Source: an uncultured delta proteobacterium
GTDB taxonomy: Bacteria > Myxococcota_A > Polyangia > Polyangiales > Polyangiaceae
Length of the DNA: 64,000 nt
Direction: 5' to 3'
NCBI GenBank assembly: GCA_963716725.1
Contig: CAVQUB010000027.1
Location: 32,001-96,000, forward strand
Below are positions 19,057 to 33,202 of the stretch, piece after piece; within the stretch, counting starts at the first letter, position 1, and each line of letters begins with the position of its first letter. Below the pieces are notes generated by a model. That model did not search any database, was not told the DNA's origin, and worked only from the letters and a program-made list of their open reading frames with translations. Made by a program: the position numbers and the translations under genes.

Positions 19057-20548
19057 ATGCAAATCGACGTCTACGTCCGCCACCTGCTCCGCCACGGAGC
19101 CGAGGCGCTCGAGCTCCAGAGTGACCAGGTCGCGCGCTTCTGCTTCGAGAGCGGCGAGCGGCTCACGACCAACCGGGTCGACCACAAGCAGCTGGTGATC
19201 ATGCTGCAGGAGTGCATGACCACCGAGCAGATCCAGAGCCTCAAGCAGCGGGGCAACTCGAGCTTTACCTACGACTCGGAGGGCGTTCAGGTCGAGGTCG
19301 TGGTCGAGGCGGAGCACCAAGACAAGTGGCGTATTCGCCTCAGCGCCAAGCGCGGTGACGAGGCAGCGCTGGCCGCCGCTCCGCGCCCACCCATGCTCGA
19401 GCCTCCCATGCCCCGAGTGCCCCAGATCCGCGGGTCCGTCGCACCGCCGCCCGTCCAATCCACGCCGGGCGAGCCTCGCATCAACGTCTACCTGCGCGAG
19501 ATGGTGCGCCTCGGTGCCAGCGACCTGCACCTCGCGACAGGCGTCGAGCCCATGCTCCGGCTGAGCGGCGCAATGACCACGCTGGAAGGTCACGGCAAGC
19601 TGTCAGCCGACCAGCTGCGGGCGCTACTCCTCGAGATCCTGCCGGCGCGCAATCGTCCCCAGTTCGAAGAGACCTGGGACACGGACTTCGCCCACCCTAT
19701 CGTCGGGGTCGCGCGCTTTCGCGCCAACTACTTCATGGATCAGAACGGTCCGGGCGCCGTCTTTCGCCAAATCCCCTTCGACATTGGTCCCCGTCGAGCG
19801 GCTGGGGCTGCCGCCCAAGGTGCTCGACCTCTGCTGGCTCACCAAGGGGTTGGTGCTGGTCACCGGACCGACTGGCAGCGGCAAGAGCACGACGCTCGCG
19901 ACTTTGGTCGACTACATCAACCAGAACCGCGCCGACCACATCATCACCATCGAAGACCCCATCGAGTTCGTCCACCCGAACAAGCGCTGCCTGGTGAACC
20001 AGCGCGAAGTGGGCGTTCACACCAAGAGCTTCAAGGCCGCGCTGCGCGCCGCTCTGCGCGAAGACCCCGATATCGTGCTCGTGGGCGAGATGCGCGATCT
20101 CGAGACCATCGCCATCGCGGTCGAGACCGCCGAGACCGGTCATCTCGTGTTCGGCACGCTGCACACGACCAGCGCGACCAGCACCATCGACCGCATCATC
20201 GATCAGTTTCCGCCGGAACAGCAGGCGCAGATCCGCACCATGCTCAGCGAGTCGTTGCGCGGCGTCATCGCCCAGGTACTGTGCAAGAAGAAGGGGGGCG
20301 GTCGGGTGGCTGCCTACGAGATCTTGGTGACCACGCCGGCCGTGGCGAACTTGATCCGCGAGGGCAAGACCTACCAGATCCCGAGCCTGCTCCAGACCGG
20401 CCGCGCGCTCGGCATGCAGACCCTGAACGACCACCTCTTGCAGCACGTGAAGGCCGGGCTGGTCGAGCCGAAGGAGGCGCTCATGAAGTCGAACGACAAG
20501 CAGACCTTCAAGGATCTCCTGACGAAATCCGGCGTGAAATTCGACTGA
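19057..20548 (+). CDS. pilT: Type IV pilus retraction ATPase PilT paralog, frameshift near 19783
   Basis: ASDLHL, RFRANYF, GPTGSGKSTT, TIEDPIE, ALREDPDIVLVGEMRD, TGHLVFGTLH. Confidence 0.9.
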
Positions 20549-20573
20549 ACCGCGAAGGCGCCCCCAGCGGGCG

Positions 20574-21485
20574 TCAGGCCGTCGCAGGCCGCTCAGCGAC
20601 TCGGGCTGCCGGCGCTCCCGACTCGAGCGTAGAAACTGGGGCTTTCTCCCAGTTCGAAAGCATCACCTTCTTAGACGGCGTGCGCAGGTCCCACACCAGG
20701 CCCGTCCACGACATCAACTTCAGCACGTAGTAGCTGATGTCGATCTCCCACCAGAAGAAGCCTTGGTTGGCCGTTGACTGGTAGTAGTGGTGGTTGTTGT
20801 GCCACCCCTCCCCAAGGGTGATGAGCGCGAGCAAGAGCGAGTTCTTGCTGGTGTCGGTGGTCGCATAGCGCCGGCGTCCGAACACATGGGTGACCGAGTT
20901 GATGACGAAGGTGCCGTGATAGACCAGCGCCGTCGAAAGGAAGAACCCGCCGAAGAGCGCGCTGGCTCCACCGATGGAGTAGCAAGCCAACGCGAGGACA
21001 ACGGGAGGAACGAGATGCCAGCGGTCGAGCCATACGAGCTCGGGGTACTTGCTGAAGTCCTTGATCTGCTCGCTCGGCGTCACCTCGTACTTCTCGCAGA
21101 CGATCCAGCCCATGTGGCTCCACCAGAAGCCTCGCTTGGGTGAGTGGATGTCGCTGGGCAAGTCCGAGTGTTTGTGGTGGTGGCGGTGATGCCCCGCCCA
21201 CCAGAGCACGCCCTTCTGCGCGGCCGCGCCGCCGCCGAACGCGAAGACGAACTGCATCAGCCGCCCGGTCTTGAAGGCACGGTGCGCGAAGTAACGGTGG
21301 AAGCCTGCGGTGATGAAGAACATGCGCACGAGGTAGAGCGCGCCGCAGAGCACGGCTTCTGTCCAACCAAAGCCCGTCCACAGGATGCCGAAGGGCATCA
21401 GGTGCATCAGGATGAAGGGGATCGACTTGATCCAGCTGACGCGTTCGTCCGCCCCGCGTTTGTACCGTTCTGCGGCGAATCCCAT
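20574..21485 (-). CDS. Acyl-CoA delta-9 fatty acid desaturase
   Basis: His boxes HRYFAH, HRHHH, GEGWHNNHH; WWEIDISY. Confidence 0.93.
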   Translation of the reverse strand: MGFAAERYKRGADERVSWIKSIPFILMHLMPFGILWTGFGWTEAVLCGALYLVRMFFITAGFHRYFAHRAFKTGRLMQFVFAFGGGAAAQKGVLWWAGHHRHHHKHSDLPSDIHSPKRGFWWSHMGWIVCEKYEVTPSEQIKDFSKYPELVWLDRWHLVPPVVLALACYSIGGASALFGGFFLSTALVYHGTFVINSVTHVFGRRRYATTDTSKNSLLLALITLGEGWHNNHHYYQSTANQGFFWWEIDISYYVLKLMSWTGLVWDLRTPSKKVMLSNWEKAPVSTLESGAPAARVAERPATA

Positions 21486-21572
21486 CCGTTCTTGATAGAA
21501 AATGGACCGTCAGGTTACAGCCACATCTCTGTCATTTCGTCCTGACACGGCCAGTCCGCATATTCTGAGTTC

Positions 21573-22565
21573 ATGATTTCGCCATCGCTCCGGCTGGCGT
21601 TCGCCTTCGCGCTGCTCGTGCCGACCAGCGCCGCGGCGCAAGGCGTCGACCCGTCAGGAACGCCCGCGCCCGCTGGCAGCGCGACGGGAGCACTTCCGCC
21701 TCAGCCCGCAGCGCCACCCGGCCAGCCGGCAGCGGCGCCACCGGCGACGGCCGCGGCGGGCGCCCCGCCGCCCGCGGGCACCCCGCCGCCCGCGGGCGCC
21801 CCGCCGCCGGGCTATCCACCGCCGGGCTATCCACCGCCGGGTGGCTACCAGCAGTATCCGCCGCCGGGGTACGGCTACGGGTATGGGTACCCTCCGCCGG
21901 GCTACTACTACCCTCCGCCCGGCTACGGCTGGGGTCCTCCGCCGAGACCGAAGCCCGTGTACCCGGAAGACGCGGCGGGACAGACCACACCGTTCATCGA
22001 CGTCCTCACGGCCGGCATCGCCGTCGACAAGCGCTACGGGCACTTCTTCACGGTAGGCGTTCAGGGCGGCGCCTACCTCGCGTCGCGCTTTCGTGTCGTC
22101 GGTCGGGTGCTGTTGTTCACGACGGAGCCCGAAGACGACCTCGCGCACGAGTACTACTCCAACGAGGACGTCGTGCCCGACGGCTACATCGGAGTTTCGT
22201 CGGACCGCCCCGTGGTGCTGGTCGGCGGCGCCATCGGTATCGCTCCGGTGGTGCGCCGCAACTTCGTCTTCGCGCCCGGCATCGCGTTTCACACCACCAA
22301 CGTCGGCGACTATGGGTCGATGCTGACCTTGTCGATGCCCTTCGAGTGGGTGACCGACGACGGTATGCGCATCGGTTTCGAGATCGACATCGGGCGCGCA
22401 TTCGGCGGCAAGATCACCGGCAGGTGCATCAGCCCGCCCTGCAGCGTCGGCGACGAGCAGGAGTTCGACCGACCCGCGGCGCCGGCCTTCCTCGGGGCCT
22501 TCCAGCTCGGCTGGGGCTTCAACCGACCACCGCCGAAATACCCGGAATCCGGGCAGAATCCCTGA
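21573..22565 (+). CDS. Secreted Pro-rich protein with a beta-strand-rich C-terminus (possible outer-membrane protein)
   Basis: Signal peptide, (PPPGY)n low-complexity region, amphipathic strands. Confidence 0.65.
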   Translation: MISPSLRLAFAFALLVPTSAAAQGVDPSGTPAPAGSATGALPPQPAAPPGQPAAAPPATAAAGAPPPAGTPPPAGAPPPGYPPPGYPPPGGYQQYPPPGYGYGYGYPPPGYYYPPPGYGWGPPPRPKPVYPEDAAGQTTPFIDVLTAGIAVDKRYGHFFTVGVQGGAYLASRFRVVGRVLLFTTEPEDDLAHEYYSNEDVVPDGYIGVSSDRPVVLVGGAIGIAPVVRRNFVFAPGIAFHTTNVGDYGSMLTLSMPFEWVTDDGMRIGFEIDIGRAFGGKITGRCISPPCSVGDEQEFDRPAAPAFLGAFQLGWGFNRPPPKYPESGQNP

Positions 22566-22624
22566 TGCGCCTGGGTGCTGGGGCTCGAAGGGCGCCCCCA
22601 GCGATGCTAGGACACGCGCCTCCC

Positions 22625-23110
22625 ATGACTCGCATCACCCTGCGTCTGGCCCTCCCCCTCTTCGCCCTCTCGTCGCTCGCCGCGCTCGGCTGCGAGCACG
22701 ACGAGGCCCCCAAGCCGGAGGCGATCAAACCGGTGCCCGTGGTCAGCCAAGCGCCAGCCGCTGCGACGGCCGCAGCGCCCGTCGCCAACATCAAGGCTGG
22801 CGGCTGTGGCATGCAAGGTGAAGTTCAGGAGCAGGGCGGTGGCTGCGGCCAGGCCAAAGACGAAGCTCCAGGCGGCTGCGGCTGCGCAGGCAAGCACACC
22901 GGGAAGGACACCGACAAGGCGGGCGGGCCAGTGGTGCCGGTCACGCAGGCAAAGCTCGGAGACCGCACGCGGTGTCCGGTCACGAATTCGGTCTTCATCG
23001 TCAGGGGCGATTCACCGAAGGCCGACCACGGTGGCAAGACCTATCACTTCTGCTGCGACGGGTGCGTCACGCGCTTCAAGAAGGATCCGAAGCAGTTCCT
23101 CGAGACCTGA
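22625..23110 (+). CDS. YHS-domain lipoprotein (metal-binding)
   Basis: Lipobox ALGC; CPVT...GKTYHFCCDGCVTRFKKDPKQF. Confidence 0.85.
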   Translation: MTRITLRLALPLFALSSLAALGCEHDEAPKPEAIKPVPVVSQAPAAATAAAPVANIKAGGCGMQGEVQEQGGGCGQAKDEAPGGCGCAGKHTGKDTDKAGGPVVPVTQAKLGDRTRCPVTNSVFIVRGDSPKADHGGKTYHFCCDGCVTRFKKDPKQFLET

Positions 23111-23120
23111 GCGGCGCTGG

Positions 23121-26830
<3,710 letters not shown>

Positions 26831-26834
<4 letters not shown>

Positions 26835-27784
26835 GGGGCTGTCTTCTTGCGTTCTGCGGGAGTTTTCTGGGCAAATGCGCTAACGACTTCGAAGTAGGGC
26901 TTGGTCCGCTCGCGCGACGTGATCTGGCACTCGCCCACCACGAGCCCCGCTTGGCGAAGCCAGCGGCGCAGGTCGCTGGGATCGAAGCCGGGCTGGATGT
27001 GTCCATATGCGGCGGTAACGTCCCGGTGCGTGTGCGGGGCGAGGGTGACCAGCGCCAGCGTGCCTCGAGGTCTGAGGACCCGAGCCGCTTCAGCGATGGC
27101 TCGCGCCGGACGTTCAGCGTAGGTGAGCGTGTTGAGCATCAGCACCTGGTCGAAGCTCGCGTCGGCAAACTCGAGCGCGTGCATGTCTCCGACCACGACC
27201 TGCACATTGGCGTGGCGCCCCAATCGGGCACGGGCAGCCTCGACCACTCGCTCGCTGCGGTCGACGCAGGTGATGTCACGGGCGCGGGGCGCGAGCAGAT
27301 CTGCGATGGCGCCATCTCCCGAGCCCAAGTCCAGCAGGTCGCCGAACTGCACGAAGCCAATCAACCCGCGAGCCGTCGCCTCCCACGTTCGCCCGGGTGA
27401 ATAGTGTCGCTCCATCTGGCCCGCGATGAAGTCCGGCCAAGGCACGGCGCTCGAAGCTCGCAGGCGCTCGCGGCGCGCGCGGTCGCTCTCCAGCAGCGTG
27501 TCGTCGAGATCCGCACGAACCAGCTCCCAGAATCGACGTGCCTCGTTGGGCATGGAGACGTCGTTGACGGCGTACTTCGTAGACGCGCCGATCTTGCGGT
27601 CTCGCAACAGCCCCGCTTCGCGCAGGCGTCCGAGGTGGGTCGACACTCGGGACTGCGGCAGCTCGGTGATCGACGTGAGCTCGGCGACGGACAGCTCCTC
27701 GTCCGAGAGCAGCGCGAGGAGCCGCACCCGGGTGGCGTCCCCGAACACGTGCAGCAGCTCGACGGTGGAATCGACGGAGGGCAT
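26831..27784 (-). CDS. SahR-like ArsR HTH plus SAM-binding methyltransferase-fold regulator
   Basis: GDATRVRLL...[27 protein letters not shown] overlap with metH. Confidence 0.88.
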
Positions 27785-27787
27785 TCT

Positions 27788-27811
27788 ATCCGGTCATCCT
27801 GATGACCGGAT
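27788..27811. promoter_or_regulatory. Perfect palindrome, candidate SahR operator
   Basis: ATCCGGTCATC-CT-GATGACCGGAT between a TTGACG-N16-TACTAA promoter-like motif (27813-27840, minus strand) and the start codon. Confidence 0.7.
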
Positions 27812-27901
27812 GTTAGTAGGGCCCAACCCCGTTTCGTCAAGCCGAAGGCAAAAGAGCCCGGAAGCACTGGGCCTCCGGGCTCGAAACGCGGCTCGCGGCG
27901 A

Positions 27902-28267
27902 TCACTTCTCGGCTGAGGGCGGCGGGAGCGGTGCGCCGCCTTCGGCAGCCGGCGGAGTCCAGCCCGCCGGCGGAGTCCAACCCGCGGGCGGTTGCCAGCC
28001 GGGCGGCGGCTGGAAGCCTGGCGGGAAGGGCGACGGCTGCGCCCCTGGCTGCGCGGGAGCTCCAGGCTGCGCGGGCGGCGGGCCCGCTTGAGGAGGCGGC
28101 GCCTGGGGAGCGGGCTGCACGCCCGGAGGCGGTGCGCCAGGCGGGGGCGGTCCCGGGGGCGGCTGCTGATTGCGTGGTGGTCCGCTGTCCACGTAGCACC
28201 CCGCAGCGCCCATCACTCCCGTGAGCATTGCGGCGGCCAAGAACCTCTCACGATCGATCTTCATCAC
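27902..28267 (-). CDS. Small Pro-rich lipoprotein
   Basis: Lipobox AAGC; (W/F)(T/Q)PP(A/P)G repeats. Confidence 0.65.
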   Translation of the reverse strand: MMKIDRERFLAAAMLTGVMGAAGCYVDSGPPRNQQPPPGPPPPGAPPPGVQPAPQAPPPQAGPPPAQPGAPAQPGAQPSPFPPGFQPPPGWQPPAGWTPPAGWTPPAAEGGAPLPPPSAEK

Positions 28268-29553
28268 GCATCCTGCCTTTCAAAGCGTTCACGACATGCG
28301 GCCCGCGCTACCTCCGCGTCATCGAAGGGGAAGCTCTGGTCGCCGATCCACTGCGTCGTTTCGTGACCCTTTCCAGCGATGACGACGATATCACCGCGCC
28401 CTGGGTGAGCAATGCCGATCGCGCGCGCGATGGCCAACCGACGATCGAGCTCCGTCATCACTCGAGGCTCACTCGATACGGTACTACGGTCGGGCGCCGG
28501 GCCGCCTTCCCTCAACGCGCTCGCCCTCGCGCCCTCGACCACGGCCCGGGCGATGGCCCCGGGATCCTCGCCGCGGGGGTTGTCGCTGGTCACCACCACG
28601 GCATCGGACCAACGCGCCGCGACTCGGCCCATTTCGGCGCGCTTTCCCGGATCGCTGCCGCCACCACAACCGAAGACACACACCACGCGACCCCCGCCGC
28701 AGAGCCGCCGCGCGAGCTCCAGTGTTCGCCCTAGCGCGTCGGGCGTGTGCGCGTAGTCCACGACCACCAGGGGATCGGCGTGCACGCGCTCGAAGCGCCC
28801 GCGCACCCCGCTGAAGCTCCCGAGCCCGCGAGCGATGGCGTCCGCCTGGTAGCCGAGGGCGTGAGCCGCGAGGGCTGCCGCCAGCGCGTTGTCCACGTTG
28901 TGCTCACCCACCACCGAAATCGAAAGCTCGCGCCCGAGCGCGTCGGCGAGGGGGCTCGGCTCGAGGCCCACTCGGCACCCTTCTCGACCAAGCTCCACTT
29001 GCGACGCGACGAGCGCGAGGGGGAGCGCGTGGCACTCGGGCCGAACTCGCCCGCGGCCCGCCGCGTAGGCCAAACGACGCACGGGGTGGGGGGTGACTTC
29101 GTCGAGCAACGCGCTGGCAGGATCACAGGCGTTGAGCACGGCGCAGCCGTCCGGGGGCAGCAGCATGAAGAGCTGCGCCTTGGCCGCGAGGTAGTGCTCG
29201 GGATCACCGTGATAGTCGAGGTGGTCACGGCTCAGATTGGTGAAGGTCGCGACCTTCGCGGGCCAGCGCTGCGCAAAGCCCTCGGCCAGGGCACGTGACG
29301 TGGTCTCGAGGGCGAGGGTGCGGATGCCCGCCTTGGCGCCGAGGCGGATGGCGTTCGCAAAAGCCTCGAGGGTCGGCCCCACGGCCACCGGTTCTCCGTT
29401 CACCCACGCGCCGAGGGTCGTGACGCGCGCGGAGGGCTCCCCGCTCGCAGCGACGATCGCTTCGATCATGCTCGTGGTCGTGGTCTTGCCGTTGGTCCCG
29501 GTGACGGCGGCGGTCGCGAAGGCCGAGCGCAGCCCGAGATCGATCTCGGTCAT
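28264..29553 (-). CDS. MurE-like Mur ligase lacking the N-terminal domain
   Basis: AVTGTNGKTTT, LETTS, FTNLSRDHLDYHG, VDYAHTPDA, VFGCGG, SDNPR, AGKGHE. Confidence 0.88.
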   Translation of the reverse strand: MTEIDLGLRSAFATAAVTGTNGKTTTTSMIEAIVAASGEPSARVTTLGAWVNGEPVAVGPTLEAFANAIRLGAKAGIRTLALETTSRALAEGFAQRWPAKVATFTNLSRDHLDYHGDPEHYLAAKAQLFMLLPPDGCAVLNACDPASALLDEVTPHPVRRLAYAAGRGRVRPECHALPLALVASQVELGREGCRVGLEPSPLADALGRELSISVVGEHNVDNALAAALAAHALGYQADAIARGLGSFSGVRGRFERVHADPLVVVDYAHTPDALGRTLELARRLCGGGRVVCVFGCGGGSDPGKRAEMGRVAARWSDAVVVTSDNPRGEDPGAIARAVVEGARASALREGGPAPDRSTVSSEPRVMTELDRRLAIARAIGIAHPGRGDIVVIAGKGHETTQWIGDQSFPFDDAEVARAACRERFERQDA

Positions 29554-31562
29554 TGGAAGCTCGGCGCCTTGCGACCCTCCGCCGCCTTGATCGCCTCGGT
29601 CAGAGCCGAACCGCCGCGGAGGCACGGGTAGCAGTCGGCGAGGCTCAAGAAGCCACAGCCGTTCCGGGCGTTGAAGCTCCTGAGCTTGGAGAGTGCGCGC
29701 ACGTCGGCGAACTGGGCTGCACGAGGCAGGAGCGCCTTGACGCTGGGACAGGTCTTGCTCTTGGCCAAATCGAGGGCGATCAGCAACGCGGGCGTTGCTT
29801 TGGCTCGAACCGAGCTGCCTTCGACCACGCCCTTGGCGATGCGCGCAACCTCTTGCTGGTCTTTGGAGCTGCGGGTCTGGGACCACACGTCGTAGGCCAA
29901 ATCCGCGCCCCGCGATCCCAGCTGCTCGACGGCCAACTCCAGCGCCTCTCGAGTGGTGGCAGCGCTCGTCGCCGCTCGTCGTACGTCGACCTGGAGCGAG
30001 GGCTCCTTCGAGAGCGCGGGGTCGAGCGCGAGAGCCTTCTTGTAGGCGCCGAGGCTCGGCTTCGCATGGCCTATCACGGCCAATCCCCGGGCAAGGGCCT
30101 GCCACTCGGGTGCCGAGCGCTGCGCCTCCGGACGCGCTTGGAGCTTCGCGAGCGCATCACGTTCGCCCCCCCGAGCGCGCTTCAACAGATCTTCGTTTTC
30201 GTCCGGCGCGGGGGCCATTGCCGTGCTGCTCGCGCCGGCAGAGCCGCTGGCTGCGGGCCTCTCCGCGGACACACCGCTGGCGACCAGCACGCCGAAGGCC
30301 GCCAAGAACAACAACCCCGCGAACAGCACCCCAACCGCTGCGATTGCCCAGACCGGCACGCTCTGGCCCCCGAGAACCACCGGCTGCTTCAGCCCCGGAG
30401 CCTTGGCGAACAGCGGTCCCAAGAGCTGACTGATGGGGCTCGGGCGCTTGGGCCAAGCGCCGGTCTTGGCGCTGCCGAGACGCGCGAGTTCATCGGCGCT
30501 CAGACTGAGCACCGTCTCGTCGAACGCCACCTCGCCCGAGGCCGGCGTGGTCGTGCGAGCGACGCCGCCATCGGGTGAAGGAGTCACGGGGACCAGTGCG
30601 GAGAGAGGTGACGACCCCATGACCACCGACGCACACGCGTCGATCCGCGCGATGACGTCCTGGGCCGTCTGCGGTCGCTCGTCGGGGCTCTTGGCCAGCA
30701 GCTGCATCACCAGCGCCGCGACTCTCGGCTCGATGCCCTGGGGCAGGGCGGGCGGCTCGGCGGTCATCTGTCGGGTCAGCACCACCACCAGGTCGTCGTC
30801 GGAGAATGGGGTCCTGCCGCTCAGCATCTCGTAGATGATGACCCCGAGCGTGTAGAGATCGGCCCGCGCGTCCACCGGCGTGCCCGACGCTTGCTCGGGA
30901 GCCATGTACTCCGGCGTCCCGAACACGCTGCCCATCTGGGTGAGCTGGTTCTGGGTTTCGGACAGCTCGATCTTGGCAATGCCGAAATCCAGTACCTTGA
31001 CGAAATACGGGTCGTTGTCCCGCACAATGAGCATCACGTTGTCGGGTTTGAGATCGCGATGAACGATGCCGGCTGCGTGGGCGGCCGAGAGCGCATCGGC
31101 AATCTGGACCGCCACGTGCAGCGCGGCGTCCGGTGGCAGCGGCCCCCCGTCGTCGAGCAATTGCCTGAGGCTCTGGCCTTCGACGTACTCGAGCACCAGG
31201 TAGAACGCGCCGTCATCCAAGCGTCCGAAGTCCGTCGCCGCCGCCACGTGTGGGTGCTCGATGCGCGCCGCCGCTACCGCTTCGCGCTCGAAGCGCGCGA
31301 CGACCTCGGGCAGAAAGGTCATCTCGCGGTGCAGAACTTTGACCGCGACGACCTTGCGCATGTGCACGTGCTCGGCGAGGTACACGGCTCCCATGCCGCC
31401 CTCGCCGATCTGGCGATCGATGCGGTAGCGACCGGCCAGAATCCCACCGACCAAAGAAGTGCGCTCTGAGCTGCCCGAATCGGCGGCGGCTCCTCCCTTG
31501 ACGACGCTCGACTCGGACGGAGCTTCGCGCGCACTCGCTAGCTCACGCGGAGTGTCGACCAA
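29550..31562 (-). CDS. Membrane-anchored Hanks-type Ser/Thr kinase
   Basis: GEGGMGAVY, VAVKVL, HRDLKPDN, DFGIAK, GTPEYMAPE, TM helix, helical/Cys C-terminus. Confidence 0.95.
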   Translation of the reverse strand: MVDTPRELASAREAPSESSVVKGGAAADSGSSERTSLVGGILAGRYRIDRQIGEGGMGAVYLAEHVHMRKVVAVKVLHREMTFLPEVVARFEREAVAAARIEHPHVAAATDFGRLDDGAFYLVLEYVEGQSLRQLLDDGGPLPPDAALHVAVQIADALSAAHAAGIVHRDLKPDNVMLIVRDNDPYFVKVLDFGIAKIELSETQNQLTQMGSVFGTPEYMAPEQASGTPVDARADLYTLGVIIYEMLSGRTPFSDDDLVVVLTRQMTAEPPALPQGIEPRVAALVMQLLAKSPDERPQTAQDVIARIDACASVVMGSSPLSALVPVTPSPDGGVARTTTPASGEVAFDETVLSLSADELARLGSAKTGAWPKRPSPISQLLGPLFAKAPGLKQPVVLGGQSVPVWAIAAVGVLFAGLLFLAAFGVLVASGVSAERPAASGSAGASSTAMAPAPDENEDLLKRARGGERDALAKLQARPEAQRSAPEWQALARGLAVIGHAKPSLGAYKKALALDPALSKEPSLQVDVRRAATSAATTREALELAVEQLGSRGADLAYDVWSQTRSSKDQQEVARIAKGVVEGSSVRAKATPALLIALDLAKSKTCPSVKALLPRAAQFADVRALSKLRSFNARNGCGFLSLADCYPCLRGGSALTEAIKAAEGRKAPSFQ

Positions 31563-31632
31563 AAGCTTCCTCCAAAGACTGCGTCACGAGATGGCGGTCA
31601 TTGTGGCTAGCCCGGAGCCCCGCGTCGAGCGG

Positions 31633-32727
31633 CTACGACCGTCCGCCGGGAGGCAGCAATTTCGTGTCGTTGCCGGGCCGGCCCCGCACCCCTCGATGCA
31701 GGACGATCTGCCCGCCGGCCTCACGGCCGTGTGAGTAGGCGTCGGAGCGCTGCCCACACGAGTAGCTCGTCCAGCGCACCCGCGGGTGACGCTGGCGGAA
31801 GAACTGCTCCAGATCGCCGTCCCCGACCCAGACCAATCCTTCTTTGTCGTGCTTGCGTTTCTCGGCGTCGAGCTTGTCGCGGAAGCCCGCCATCACTCCG
31901 GAAATGAACGTTCGACGCTCGGCGTTGGCTCCCAGGCGCTGCCTCTGCCGGTAGTCGCGCCACATGCGCTCGGCAGTTTCAATCAAGAAGGCGTGCACGT
32001 ACTCGGCCAACTCGAGGTTCTCGATGGTGCCGGAGATCTCGAGAACGCTGCCGCGCTTTCCTTCCAGGGTCCGCCACACCGGCACCCAGATCACCTCGAC
32101 GAAGAAGTGATCTCCGAGCAGCGCCGCGAGCATGCGCTCGTGCTCGGAGACGCGGCCGCTGGGCTTGCCCAGGTGGCGGTAGGAGTACACGACGTCGGTA
32201 CGGCGCGTGACGGCGTCGATGTTGTGCTTGAGCATCAAACGCTGTGCGGCCGCCATGGCAGCCTGGGCTTCGTGCTCGTTGGGGCTCTCTGCCAAGGCCA
32301 AGAGCTTGGCCACCCGCTCCAGCATGCGGTGGTCGGTCGATTGCGTGGCCCCGCCGCTCGGAACTCCGGTCGCGTTTGCGTCGATGCCCCGCTCCCGGCA
32401 GACCTCGCGAAACGCGGCCCCGTGCGCGGCCTCGTGAGACAAGCGCAGGACCTCGTCGACATACTGATGCGCCATCTCGTGTTTGAGGACTTCGGTGACC
32501 ACGCCCCAGCTGTGCATCACCAAGAGCTCGCGGGAGAGCCACATCGTGCGCTCCGGCGACGACCAGCGGCCCAGCTGCCCCATGCCGTCGAGCAGGGCGA
32601 GAACCGGTCGACGGAGGCGTCGGCCAAAGAAGGTCGCGTTGGTGTCCTCCCAAGCGTCACGCACCGCGCGAAGCGTGAGGCGCTCGAGCTCGGCGGACAT
32701 GCGGGGGAGCTCTGCGGCCTGGTCCAC
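31633..32727 (-). CDS. SprT-like zincin plus DUF2786 protein
   Basis: LKHEMAHQ...HGAAF; RVAKLLALAESPNEHEAQAA. Confidence 0.85.
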   Translation of the reverse strand: MDQAAELPRMSAELERLTLRAVRDAWEDTNATFFGRRLRRPVLALLDGMGQLGRWSSPERTMWLSRELLVMHSWGVVTEVLKHEMAHQYVDEVLRLSHEAAHGAAFREVCRERGIDANATGVPSGGATQSTDHRMLERVAKLLALAESPNEHEAQAAMAAAQRLMLKHNIDAVTRRTDVVYSYRHLGKPSGRVSEHERMLAALLGDHFFVEVIWVPVWRTLEGKRGSVLEISGTIENLELAEYVHAFLIETAERMWRDYRQRQRLGANAERRTFISGVMAGFRDKLDAEKRKHDKEGLVWVGDGDLEQFFRQRHPRVRWTSYSCGQRSDAYSHGREAGGQIVLHRGVRGRPGNDTKLLPPGGRS

Positions 32728-32750
32728 GGCGCAGTCTTGTCACGGGCCGA

Positions 32751-33083
32751 CTACTTCTTCAACGCGCACTTGGTGGTGGCCTTGAATTCCGACGCCGGTG
32801 AGCCGCGGAAGGTAGTCAGGTCGCGACTCTCGCCCGCGGGCACCGTGACGGAAAGAGTCTCCTGGCTGACGTCGGTGCTCACCTGACAGTCGGCCGCGCG
32901 TACGCAGCCGTTGTCGATGCTGACAACGTGGTTGTAGCCGCTGCCAGAAAAGATCGCACGGCTCTCCACCTTCACGCACGGTGGAACCGGCGGCGCGGCT
33001 CCGGCGTCTTCGCCCGACGCGCCGCCGGCGGCCAGGAGCGCGGCGAGCAGCGGGGCAAGGAGCAGGGCAGAGGACCGAAGCAT
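32751..33083 (-). CDS. Small secreted hypothetical protein
   Basis: Signal peptide, four Cys. Confidence 0.6.
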   Translation of the reverse strand: MLRSSALLLAPLLAALLAAGGASGEDAGAAPPVPPCVKVESRAIFSGSGYNHVVSIDNGCVRAADCQVSTDVSQETLSVTVPAGESRDLTTFRGSPASEFKATTKCALKK

Positions 33084-33202
33084 TGGCCAGACCTTGCGCC
33101 GCGCGCCCCGAGTTGCGCAAGTTCGCGGCCAACCGCGCTGCCTCGGCCGGGGAATCTCCGCACCTTTGCAGCCCCGGTCGCCGGTGGCATGCTCCGCGCC
33201 CC

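Noticed and set aside
19770..19800. Programmed frameshift in pilT (also elbD, rnd)
   Set aside because: No convincing slippery site or stimulator; a window-wide indel error pattern is more likely
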